This document shows positions 52,875 to 63,392 of a DNA stretch of 64,000 nt, piece by piece. The DNA is from Sminthopsis crassicaudata. Lineage: Eukaryota. Location of the stretch: NCBI RefSeq assembly GCF_048593235.1, contig NC_133622.1, positions 251,600,055-251,664,054 on the forward strand. Direction: 5' to 3'. Each line of letters starts with the position of its first letter. Position 1 is the first letter of the stretch. A program made the position numbers and the translations under genes. Under the pieces are notes generated by a model. The model had not been told where the DNA came from, made no database searches, and worked only from the letters and a program-made list of their open reading frames with translations.

Positions 52875-55541
52875 TTAGTCATTTGTGTGAGAGGAAATGA
52901 GGCCGTTTTCTGGGTTTCCTGTGATTTTGGGGAGAAGGGAAGGCAGTCGGGAGCTCTTTTGGACATGGACCAGGTTCTTGGCCCGCCTTTCCTGCTGCAG
53001 CCAGTACAGCATCTCCACTTTGTCCTTCTTCATCTTCTCGAGATAGCACCGCCCCTTGTAGGTCACCGAGTCCCCAAAGGTGATCTGGATATTGTGCAGG
53101 AGCTTGGCCAGCAAGGTCTCCCCTGCTTTAATCCTCTGATGTAAGCTGCTACGAATCTGGGACTCCTCTTTCAAGCGCCAAAGGTCATAATTGACCTTCA
53201 GGAAGAAGCGGTTGGGGTCAGAGGCTTCTCGCTCAAAGCGTTCCAGCTGTGCTAACAAGATCTCCCGCTCCTGGATGGGCTGCAAGGCCTTCTCCCAGGC
53301 ACTCACCAGGGCGGGGAGCTGCCCCAACCGGGCATTGGTGCTGTACTTGATGGCCATGTCCAGCCGGTCTTTGTCCGGCACCTGCAGGATTGCCCAGATC
53401 CTCTCGAGTCTCCTCTGAAGTTGCTTCGCTTGCCTGTAGTCCCCTAGGGATTTGCTGCCCTCGGCTCCCAGGCCGTACTCTAGGACCGAGTTGGCATCCC
53501 ACAAACCTGGCACAAACTCCCCGACGTCCTCCTCCTGCCCCAGCGGAGGCACAGGTGGGAGCCGTAGGGTGTCTTTGGCGGTGACAGGAGCCAGCACAGG
53601 TTCATCTTCTGGGTACATGTGGAAGATCACATGGAGAAAGTCACACTCCTGGGTGGCCAGGTACAAAAAGTAGTCGTCTGTGGTCAGGGTGGTTCTCCAC
53701 CAGCGCAGCCAGGAAGACTTGTTTCTGAACCACCGCTTGGGTACCTTGGAACCCAGCAGCGGGGCAAACCTATCGTAGCCTAAAGAAGGTAATCTGTGCT
53801 TCCCGATGCCGTCCAGGGCAGGGTTGATGATTCGCATGTTGGGATCTGTGTTCAGGTAGCCTGACATCACATATTTGGTCCAGTCCCGGTCGGATGTGGC
53901 CTCCACAAGGGGCCCCCGGTCAAAGTGCAGGTAGTCGGCAGAGACACGGCTCAAAAGCTCGGTGTAGATCTCCTGGATTTTGGCCCCAGCAAAGAGGATG
54001 TGGTCCAGGTCTTCCACGGTTTTGTTGTCCAGTTCGTCAGACAGGTGGTTATAGAGAACGGGCTCCTCCTTCAAGTAGAAGCTGTCACGGAAGGCCCGAT
54101 CTGATACTCTGGCCGCTGCGGCCTTCAGAATGATCTGATCCTTCCACCTCAGGGCCACGGTGACTGGCTGTGGGTGCTCAGTAGCTGGGAGTTTTTTGGT
54201 GGGCTTGAAGTCCCATTTTCCAGAGTCGTCTTCTTCCTGGAGAGTCTTTAGGATTCTCTGCAGCTCTTCCATTCGGAGGTAGCTGTTGGGGAGCCGGGTC
54301 AGGGCCCCGAGCAGAGGGGGGAGGGCCGAGCTCTGCAGGGGTTTCTTGGACCGCTCCATTATGAGGTTTTTGGTCATGTGCTTGAGGTCCTCATAAGGGG
54401 TGCCGATGAAGGCCTCTGTTCCGGTCTCCAGGCCGAGGATCAGCGGGGTTAGAGTTCGAACGGGAAAGGTACATATGCCCAGTTCGTCCGAAAGCCTCCG
54501 CCCTTCTCTCATGTCCGGCAAAGAGTAGCACTTCCTGGGGATGTGCAGCTGCAGGAAAGTCCCCATCTGCAGGCCTTCCTCCAGGGTCAGAGCCTCTGAG
54601 GGGCGAATCTTATGGGCAAAGGCCTCCTCGAACCTGGAGGTCCTGGGGGTCCGGGGGGGCAGCCAGCGCAGGTACTTCCTCTGGTCCAGGTCCGGGATCG
54701 AGCGCAGCCCCTTTAAGGCGTCGGGGCAGGGCCTCACCGAGAGGTAAGCGGGGCGGCTCAGGGACACCAAGTAGCTCATGTTGAGGGCGGAGCAGGGGAT
54801 CTGGGAGAAGCCGGTGCTGTGTGGCCAGGGCAGCGGGCACAGGCGGGACGCCTGGAAGGTGCCGATGGTCTGCTGGGGAATGAGAGCCTGCTTGCGGAAG
54901 TCCTCGGGCTTGGCCGGCCCCATGTGGAAGGGCCGCAGGCCCTGCAGGTCGAGGAAGTCGTTCACCAGGCTGCGGTAGGCCTGGGGGCTGGTGAGGAAGC
55001 GGGAGCTGTCCACGGCCAGGTAGGCCGCCAGGCGGGTGAGCGTGGCCGACTCGGTGAGCACGGACTGGGACTGGGGCAGGGACAGCGTGATGAGCAGGTG
55101 CAGGTAGTGCACGAAGAGCTGCTCGGCCGCCAGCACCACGTGCGTCTCCACGCGCTGGCGCAGCTTCTGCTGGTCGCGCGGGCTCAGGCTGGGCTCGGGC
55201 GGCGGCATCTGCCAGCCGTAGCGCAGCTCCGACAGGATGACGTCTAGCAGCCACTGCCGGTGCTCCTGGGGCACTTCGTGCGTGACGCCCACGCGGGACA
55301 GCCGGTCCGACACCAGCATGCACAGAGAGCCCGGGGACAGCTGCTCCAGGAAGTAGGCGTCTCGCCCCACTCGCGGCTCTCTCTTCTCCTGCGAGGAGGG
55401 CAGCGGCTCGGGGGTCGTCGGGAGTTGTATCTCCTCCTCCGGGAACAGCGACAGCGGCCGCAAGAGCTGCTCGTACACCTTCTGGATCTCCGGGTCCGCC
55501 GTCCTGTCCATCGGCGGCTGCTTGCGCTTCCTCGGCTCCAT
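52875..55541 (-). CDS. CCDC87: Coiled-coil domain-containing protein 87, single exon, 888 aa from the first ATG
   Basis: Uninterrupted ORF with first ATG at 55541 (the track's 55583 start is GTG). Motifs LLRPLSLFP, TESATLTRLAA, LCPLPWPHSTGF, LHFDRGPLVE, MAIKYS, YLEKMKKDKVEMLYWLQQ match recalled CCDC87. Head-to-head with CCS as in human. Confidence 0.93.
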   Translation of the reverse strand: MEPRKRKQPPMDRTADPEIQKVYEQLLRPLSLFPEEEIQLPTTPEPLPSSQEKREPRVGRDAYFLEQLSPGSLCMLVSDRLSRVGVTHEVPQEHRQWLLDVILSELRYGWQMPPPEPSLSPRDQQKLRQRVETHVVLAAEQLFVHYLHLLITLSLPQSQSVLTESATLTRLAAYLAVDSSRFLTSPQAYRSLVNDFLDLQGLRPFHMGPAKPEDFRKQALIPQQTIGTFQASRLCPLPWPHSTGFSQIPCSALNMSYLVSLSRPAYLSVRPCPDALKGLRSIPDLDQRKYLRWLPPRTPRTSRFEEAFAHKIRPSEALTLEEGLQMGTFLQLHIPRKCYSLPDMREGRRLSDELGICTFPVRTLTPLILGLETGTEAFIGTPYEDLKHMTKNLIMERSKKPLQSSALPPLLGALTRLPNSYLRMEELQRILKTLQEEDDSGKWDFKPTKKLPATEHPQPVTVALRWKDQIILKAAAARVSDRAFRDSFYLKEEPVLYNHLSDELDNKTVEDLDHILFAGAKIQEIYTELLSRVSADYLHFDRGPLVEATSDRDWTKYVMSGYLNTDPNMRIINPALDGIGKHRLPSLGYDRFAPLLGSKVPKRWFRNKSSWLRWWRTTLTTDDYFLYLATQECDFLHVIFHMYPEDEPVLAPVTAKDTLRLPPVPPLGQEEDVGEFVPGLWDANSVLEYGLGAEGSKSLGDYRQAKQLQRRLERIWAILQVPDKDRLDMAIKYSTNARLGQLPALVSAWEKALQPIQEREILLAQLERFEREASDPNRFFLKVNYDLWRLKEESQIRSSLHQRIKAGETLLAKLLHNIQITFGDSVTYKGRCYLEKMKKDKVEMLYWLQQERRAKNLVHVQKSSRLPSLLPKITGNPENGLISSHTND

Positions 55542-56030
55542 CTCAGGTGGCTCAGTCCCCCTGGAGCCTCTCAGCTCACCCACCTGACGCTGTCGCCACC
55601 GCGGATCTGTTGGTGCCTCTAGGCGCCGGGACGCGTCGCTATGGAGACAACACCGGAAAAGGAAGGGGTCGAGCCCATGGGCTCTCGTCCCTGGCCAATG
55701 GCCGGGCGCGGCGGGGAGGATGGGCGCGAGAGGGCTGAACCTATGAGCCCGGAGGGGAAGACCGTGAGGTCCGGCCCCTTCTGGGCTCCTCTGACTGGTG
55801 AGTGGCTGGCCGCGCTCCCCAGGAGGAAGGGGGCGGAGCCTGCGGGTGCCCAGCCTATGCGAGGTCTTGAGGCCTGGCTTCCTTTCTGCGGCTCTGAGTG
55901 GCTAACTGAAGTCCTGGGGGCCGGGGGAAAAGCACGTGAGAGGGGCCAAAGGTCTCGAGGCTCCGCCCCTGCCGGACTGCTGGACTTCTGGCGTCTTTGG
56001 GAGAGTATCCCTGGCTCCGGGAGGTGGAAG
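55542..56030. promoter_or_regulatory. Bidirectional CCDC87/CCS CpG-island promoter
   Basis: 489 nt between divergent ATGs. CCAAT 55695-55699, GC boxes (~55830, ~55960), CACGTG 55933-55938. The CpG island extends ~1 kb into the CCDC87 coding region. Confidence 0.8.
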
Positions 56031-59000
56031 ATGGCTTCCGTGGCGGCGGCGGCGGCGGCCCCCGCACGGGTGGGAGACAGTAAGACAGCGTGCACGGTGA
56101 GCGGGCACACGACCCACGGGAGGGACGGCGGGCGGGCCGGTGGCACTGGCTGGGGAGCTCCGGAAAGCGGGGCTCCGGCTACGCAAGTAGGGGAGCGCCC
56201 CTCACTCTTGTCCCCGCCCCTGGCCAGCATGGCTCCACCCCTCCGCTCTCGGCCCCTTCGGCAAGTCCCGCCCCCTGGCCAGAGCCCCGCCCCCTGACAC
56301 AACCTGCCTCCCACAGCTGGAGTTCGCGGTGCAAATGAGCTGCCAAAGCTGCGTGGACAGGGTGCAGGCGTCCCTGCGCGGCGTGGCAGGTGAGAGCGCG
56401 AGCCTTCCCTCCTCCTGCCTCTGAGCCTCCCTTTCCTCGGTCAGCCCCGGGGCTGAGGTCCGGGGGTCTTGTTTTTCTGGAGCTTCCGTTCCTCACCTTG
56501 ACCTTTCTGCAGACCCGACGCTGCCCTCGCCGCCCGCCTTCGGACCGCGCCGCCCCTCTTTCATTGCGGGTCCGCCCGCGGGTGGTCCTGCCCCTCTCCA
56601 ACAACCGCCCTTCTTGCTGAGCGCCCCCAGCCCCCTCCCCAATAGCACCTCCGGGTCTGTGCTTAGGCCCCCCCCATCTGCGGCTTCTCCCCCCCCCCAG
56701 ATCTTTCAGGGCCCCCAGGCCCTTGGGGATTTCTGGCCCAAATGGGCATCCCCTCCTGTTTGCTCCCAGAATCCCCCGCTGCAAGCAGGCCTCTCTGCAG
56801 TCCAGCCTCCCTGTGGCTGGCAAGGCCATCTTGTTCTCTTACCAACCCTAACACCCCCTCACTGAAAGCTTTCTGCCAGCCCTAGGGCATTGACCTCCTT
56901 GCTGCTCCTCCCGCTCCCCACCTCCATACTTTTGCTCAGGCTCTTCCCCCTGCCAGGAGAGCCTTCCCTTCTCATTTCTGGCTCCTCCTTTCTGTGCCTT
57001 CTACAGCCACACTGTGTATTGGGGGGGGGCCTGTCTTGGAGCCCCGCCCCCGTGTTCCCTGAGTTCATACATTGCTCTTGTACCCAGGTCTGTGGATAAG
57101 AGGGCAGGACTGAGTCCAGTAGGTGCTTGGCCAAGTGCCAAGGCCTCAGGCTTGTGGCTCCCAGAGGTGAAGCTGGGAGGGCCTGACCTGGTCACGGAGG
57201 AGTGCAGGGAGGACGGGGGCAGCCCGGAGACCCCCAGTGGTGTCTGCATCTGGCCCGGAATCCTTCCCTTCCTATCTCGGGCAAACGCTCACCGGGAGGG
57301 GCCAAGCCTTGAGGCCCGTGCTGGTCCGGCCTGAGCTGCAGGCAGACAAAGCGCGTGGAAGGACAGCGGGGACCATCGTCCGGGCCTCGGGGGACCTCCC
57401 CGGGCGGCTTGCCGCGCTTCCAACTTCAAGCAGCCTCGGCCGGCTTTTCCCTCCCCTTTGGGCATTTTAAAAATTCTCACTTCGCTTGGGTCTGGACGTC
57501 ACTATAACGTTTTTAATCCCTCCCAGTGACTGGTCAGTGGAATCGGATACTGCCTCAGAAAGCAGGCCGTAGCCCCCGTCCTCAGCTGGCCGGACGCTGC
57601 CCGGCGCCCCGCCGGGGTGAGCCCAGTCTGCCCGCGGGTCCGTGTGCCCCGGCTCGGGGCGCTGAGCTTCCCTAGGCTCGGCTGTGACCCCTTGGGGCAC
57701 TCCTGAGCTCCGGGAGAGGCTGCTCTGGAGTCTGACGGGCCCCAGGCTGGGGCATCCGGCCTTCTTCCCTTCCTTGCATCTTCCTCCTTCCCCCTTGTTC
57801 TCGCAGGCATCCAGGGAATGGAGGTGCAGCTGGAGAATCAGAGCGTCCTCGTGACCACCACCCTGCCCAGCCAGGAGGTGCAGGATCTCCTGGAGAGTAC
57901 AGGCTGCCAGGCAGTGCTCAAGGGCATGGGCAGCCACATGCTCCGTGAGAACCTGGGCTGAGGGCGGGGGAGGGCCGGGGAAAGGGGGCAGAAGTGGGTG
58001 GTAAGAGGGCAGACTCAGGGGCTGGGAAAGCGGCCTTGGAACCCGAAGGGAGCCTGGGACAAGGCCGGGAGAGCTTTCCTATCCAGCTTCTTGGCTTCTG
58101 GCACGGAAGAGATCTTCAGGTGCCAGAGTCGTTACATCCTGGAAGGCTCATCCTGGTTAGAAAAGGGACCCTCGGGTCAGGGGGGGCTGGGGAGCAGCCA
58201 CGGCCATGATCCCAGAGCCAGCTGTGGCCATATCGGGTAGCCTGGGGCCAGCCGTGGCCATGGTGGGGGGTCGGTGTGGGCCGGGGAAGGCAGCTCACCC
58301 GTCTTACCTGCTCTTGCAGAGAACCTGGGGGCAGCCGTGGCCATGATAGGGCAGCCTGGGGCCATTCAGGGAGTCGTGCGTTTCTTACAAGTGTCCCCCA
58401 AATGCTGCCTCATCGAGGGGACGATCGATGGCCTAGAGCCTGGGCCCCACGGCCTCCACGTCCATCAGTATGGGGACTTGACCCAGAACTGTGCCAGGTG
58501 GGTAGGAGCCCTTGGTACTGCCTCGTATCCCCCTGTTTTCTAGGCACTCGTGCCAGTTAGCTCCCAAAGGAGGGCAGGACACAGAATCCCAAACTCTTAC
58601 CCCCTTACGGAACCTCCTTGGCCCCCTCCTGCTGCTAGGTGACCTCCCAGATTTCGGGCCCAGCCCCCCTCCCAGACTGGTCCCGAGTGGGGCCCCCCAC
58701 CAGGACTGCCCGTGGAGCACTCCTCAGGGCCCTTTCCTCATTCCCCTGCTGTCAGTGTCCTGCCTCTCCAGGCAGTCACCTTGGGTTCATTTGGGAACAT
58801 ATCCATTTATGAATAGGCTGCCTCTTTGGGTCCTACGCAGGGCCTGGTATCCCATAGGAGCTTAATAAATGCTTGTTGATGGCTTGCTATATGGGAGTGC
58901 TTATGAGCTGTAGAAGTTTTGTGGGGGAGGGGAGCAGGCCCTGCTTGCTGAGCTCCTCCAGGCCCATAAAATACTTTTGGCTTGTAGTTGTGGGGACCAC

Positions 59001-59790
59001 TTCAACCCTGATGGGATGCCTCATGGCGGGCCCCAGGACGCCCAGCGGGTAAGTGTTGGCACCAGGAAGGGCTCGAATAAAGGTCTGATCTGGGGGGGGG
59101 TGCGGGGCTCCCAGGGGCTGCAGCAGTGGGTAGGAGGGTGGGGGCCCCAGGGAAGTCTGCCCTTCTGCCCTGGCTGCTCTGGCCCAGGGCCAGGGCGGCC
59201 TCCGCAGCTCTTGTGCCCTTCCCAGCACCGTGGAGATCTGGGAAACGTCTACGCTGGGCCCGACGGGAGAGCCACCTTCAGACTGGAGGATGAGCAGCTC
59301 CAGGTAAGGGACTGAGTGGGGGCTGTGGGAAGGCAAGGTAGGAAATATGTATTAACCATTTATTATAGTTCAGGCAGTGGGAAAGGTCAGGGACATTATA
59401 GTGGGGGTTGGTCCCTCCTCAGAGCTGCCTCCTCCACAGGTATGGGACATCATTGGCCGAAGCGTGGTCATCGATGCAGGCGAGGACGACCTGGGGCGGG
59501 GAGGGCACCCACTCTCCAAGGTCACAGGGAACTCTGGAGAAAGGTAAGGGCACTGCCTCCCCCCCTCAGGCGTGCTGGGACGGGGTCTTTTTCTGGACTT
59601 GCCCCCTGACCACATGGCATCTGGACTGTCCCATAGGCTCGCCTGCGGGATCATCGCTCGCTCCGCCGGCCTCTTCCAGAACCCCAAGCAGATCTGCTCC
59701 TGTGACGGCCTCACCCTCTGGGACGAGAGGGGCCGACCCATCGCCGGTGAGGGCCGAAAGAAGCCCCCGAAGACCCCCGCTCACCTTTGA
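56031..59790 (+). CDS. CCS: Copper chaperone for superoxide dismutase, 274 aa
   Basis: 8 exons: 56031-56069, 56317-56389, 57807-57944, 58320-58497, 58988-59048, 59226-59303, 59440-59543, 59637-59790 (825 nt, TGA). Domain I MSCQSC, SOD-like domain II ([19 protein letters not shown]), domain III CSC ([13 protein letters not shown]), ending PAHL. Confidence 0.97.
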
Positions 59791-59927
59791 CCTGCTGCCA
59801 CTGGGACGCCCCCGAAGGCTCGGTTGACCTCCCCCATCAAATCAAGTGGAATCAGAAAATCTCCCTCCTGTGGACCAGCCCCCGCCCCTTCCTGCCCCAT
59901 GGCCAAGCTGCTCCTGTATCTCTTATA

Positions 59928-59933
59928 ATTAAA
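59928..59933 (+). terminator. CCS poly(A) signal (variant)
   Basis: ATTAAA 137 nt after the stop. Confidence 0.7.
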
Positions 59934-62259
59934 GGTTTATTTTCCTAGCAGAAGTCAGTGCTGCGTCTTTGCACCTTGGGCAGGGTCTCGCTTCTTTCTC
60001 ATCCCCCTTGGGACTGGCAGCCTCGGCTTCTAGGATGCCTTCATTTCTGAGCAGAGCCCCTTCTCTCTGCACTCCCCCTCCGCAGTGGGCACACTGCCAT
60101 GTCCTCTAGCCAGGGAGCAGCTGGCTCCTTTCTGAAAAAGGTAAAAAGCCTTTTCCTGGACCTGGGTGGAACATCACGCCCTCCCCTCAGCACCCCAGGG
60201 CCCTGCTAACATGCAAGGGACCGTCCCATGCTCGAGACCAGCACTGTCCCTGCCCTCGCCTCTGCCCGACCCGACCCCTCTGCTGCCCGCATCCTCCTCA
60301 CGTCACCCAGCCACCCCACTGGCTCCCAGCCTCTGCCTTAGCTGAACTCCCTGAAAAACTCACTCATTCTAATTGACCCGGGCTCCGAGTCCCTCGCTCG
60401 CTCTAAGCCACTGGTGTTCTTAATTGCCAAATATCATGGCTTCCCAGTCCTGTCCCAGCCTCTACGGCCCTGATCACCCCTGGCCGTGCTCTCTGGGTGC
60501 GCTCGCCTCCCAGCCTCCTTCCCCAGAGCTTGGTCTCCAGCCTCCTTGGTCTCATCAGCTCCTGTGGCTCCAAAGCAGATGGTCTCCTGAGCTTTAAAGG
60601 CAGCCCTCATCTCTGCCGGCCTTCAGCCTCTAATCACAAACCTCAAACATTTATCGTCCCCACCATCCCTGCTCAGATTTCCTGAGTTTTGTTGAGGGAG
60701 CCGCCATCCCTCCCAGGGTCACCCTCGGCTCCCTACAATCTGATGTCATCTTCCCAGGGCCAGGCCATTTCCGCTGTGCGCCCCTTTCTCCCACCCCATC
60801 ACCTCAAGGTTAGGTCCCCGTGCTCCCTGTTCCGGAGCCCTTCAGTCAGGACGATGACCTCCCTTAGGTCACATGTGACTGACCGACCAATGTCCGCTTA
60901 TCCCATGTTCTTCCTGCTCTCGCAGAGTGTCCCTCATAATACAGTAGTCATCCCTTCCATATCTGGGATAGAGGGGATATCTGGACAACCGGGCAGGTTT
61001 TTTGGCCTTCCCTTTGTCCCACAGAAAAAAATTGTCTACATTTATGGTACTAGAAAATAATTGATATTATATAATAATATCCTTACGTTTGGGGCATTTC
61101 TGAGTTTTTAAACTTTCTGTGTCATCTACAGTTTTCACAAAACTCCCCCCCCCCCATTCTCATTTAATTTTTTAGTCCAACCTGCAATCTATTGATGGAG
61201 GTGTAGAAAGTTGCAGTGTGGATAACTATGCAAAAAAAGAGAAATTGCACAAAACTGAGTAACAGAAAACAAAGCCTGACAGTAAACATCCTGCACCCGT
61301 GGGCCCCTTTCTAGTCATTTATCATGTCTCAAAGCACACTAATAGTCCATTGTTCACGTGCCACAGTTTCCAGAGCCTCTCTAACTATTGTCATTTCCCC
61401 TTTGGGGCATCTTTTCCAATAAATTACTTTTCTCCCTTTGAGAACTATCTGTTTACATCCCTTGCATTTATCTCATTTGATTTCTGAACCAGTTCTCTCC
61501 ATATTTTGGATATTATACAATTATCAAGAAAGTTGCTCCAAAGATATTTCCTCCCCCAGTTAACTTTGCCTTCTGAGTGAACTCGGAGGGCAGAAGGAGA
61601 CATTTTTTCCTGTTTTTTTTTCCTCATTTTTTTTTTTAATGGCTAATGCAGAAATTTGTTTTGCATGATTATACTTATTTGCAATGGGATCGTTCTTCCC
61701 TGCCTTCTCAGTGGGTGCAGAGGGAGAGATTGTGGAACTGAAAATAAAAATTAAATAGAATTTAATGCTTTATAGAATACAATTCTTCCTCTGCTCGTAG
61801 ACGTGAAAGGTTTCGCTTGCCCCTTATGTTTATTTCTCAGCCAATCATCCCTCTGAAAATTACTGGGGTACATGGTGAGAGATGATAACATGGGCTTGAT
61901 TTCCTCCAGATTTGCTTTCTAGTTTTCCCAGCAGTTTCATTTGTTTTTTAATCAAATTTGGGGCTTCTTCCTTTGGAGCGGGCCTGTGTTTCCCTCTAGC
62001 TTTACAAACCAAGATCCCTTTGTGGTCACTGCTCCCCTATTCGTGTTATCTCCGGTTTCACATGCAAGTTCCTCATTTTGGAATTATTCAAGTAAAGAGG
62101 CTTTTAAAAAAACCTTTTCACACAAAGTCTCCCTTATTTAGGAATATATTGAAGACCATCGACCCCAGGAGACCACTGATGGGAAGAAAGGCTCTTCATA
62201 GGCCAAAACATTCACAGGAACACCTTTCTCTGGCAACAAAAACATCAGAAAAAAACCTC

Positions 62260-62359
62260 TGTTAGGGGCTGACTGTGCAGTTCCCCTGGAAGGACGTGAG
62301 ACCCAGAGCAAATGAGGGTCACGGGTCATTCCTGGGAACTGCACAGTCAGCCCCCAACA
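62260..62359. repeat. Inverted repeat / long hairpin (26-bp arms, 25 matched)
   Basis: TGTTAGGGGCTGACTGTGCAGTTCCC (62260-62285) pairs with GGGAACTGCACAGTCAGCCCCCAACA (62334-62359). Confidence 0.9.
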
Positions 62360-62726
62360 AACCTGGAGGCTCATGGACTGGGAGATGGCTAAAGCAGTTG
62401 GGGCACATGGATGGGATGGAGTGTGACTGCTGTGAGATACAACCCAGAGGAATCCAGATAAGGATGGAAGGATACGGAGGGCTAGAAGCAGTAGTTTCTG
62501 CCAATGGTTGCAATCTCTCCTCCCTCCCTCCCCCAGAAGACAGCACAAAGCTTCTATTCTGGGTAACTGGGAAGGTCTTCCTTTGGATTTACCCAATTGA
62601 GAGAAAGAGAAACCTCCCTTGCTCTCCTTCCTTACTTGATGAAACTTTTCAACTATTCAGTACTATGCATGCAAATTAAAACAACTATTTTTGCAATCAA
62701 TTTAAAAGTCAGCTCCCTTGTATGTC

Positions 62727-62881
62727 ATTTTTTTTTTTTGTTTTGTTTTGTTTTTTTGTTTGTTTGTTTTGTTTTTTACTGAAGTACTTGGGGTTAAATG
62801 ACTTCCCCAGGGTCACACAGCCAGGATGTGTCTGAGATCAGATTTGAACTCAGGTCCTCCAAGCATAATGCTCTATCCACA
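62727..62881 (-). mobile_element. Truncated marsupial SINE
   Basis: T-rich tail then GGGGTTAAATGACTTCCCCAGGGTCACACAGC...GATTTGAACTCAGGTCCTCC...GCTCTATCCAC. Confidence 0.8.
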
Positions 62882-62942
62882 ATTTGGGTATTTATAATAG
62901 AATGACTTAGTTGTTCAAAATTTTCTTAAAACAATATTGCTG

Positions 62943-63392
62943 GAACCAGGAGATCATTATACACTTCAACGATACAGTATGAGGATGTATTCTGATGGAA
63001 GTGTATATCTCTGAGAAAGAGAAGATCTAATTCAGTTCCAATTGATCAATGATGGACAGAATCAGCTACACCCAGAGAAGGAACACTGGGAAATGAGTGT
63101 AAACTGTTTGCATTTTTTGTTTTTCTTCCCAGGTTATTTTTACCTTCTGAATCCAATTCTTCCTATGCAACAAAAAAATTCCATTCTGCACACATATATT
63201 GTATCTAGGATATACTATAACACATTTAACATGTATGGGACTTCCTGCCATCTAGGGAAGGGGGTGGAGGGAAGGAAGGGAAAATCGGAACAGAAGTGAA
63301 TGCAAGGGATAATGTAAAAAATTACCCATGCATATGTACTGCCAATAAAAAGTTGTATTAAAAAAAAAAGAAAATTAACAAAAAAATAAAAC
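62943..63392 (+). mobile_element. 5'-truncated L1 with 15-bp TSD, inserted next to or into an older antisense L1 (63408-63900)
   Basis: L1 3' UTR ending AAAAATTACCCATGCATATGTACTGCCAATAAAAAG plus A-rich tail. Perfect TSD AAAACAATATTGCTG at 62928-62942 and 63393-63407. Confidence 0.85.

Noticed and set aside
55542-55583. GTG start giving 902-aa CCDC87
   Set aside because: Non-ATG. Homology begins after the ATG at 55541.
54541-55622. Overlapping alternative-frame and antisense ORFs inside CCDC87 (e.g. 237 aa at 54610-55323)
   Set aside because: Shadow ORFs of a GC3-rich coding sequence with low-complexity A/P/R composition.
58403-58405. CCS Cys at the human Arg112 position
   Set aside because: Recalled as variable among mammals, so weak evidence on its own.
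60940-61000. Tigger-like MITE start (TACAGTAGTCATCCCTT)
   Set aside because: No matching inverted end found.
61900-62800. Intergenic ORFs downstream of CCS (e.g. 134 aa at 62275-62679) as a novel gene
   Set aside because: Non-ATG or weak starts, no recognisable domain or splice structure, and lengths within chance expectation.
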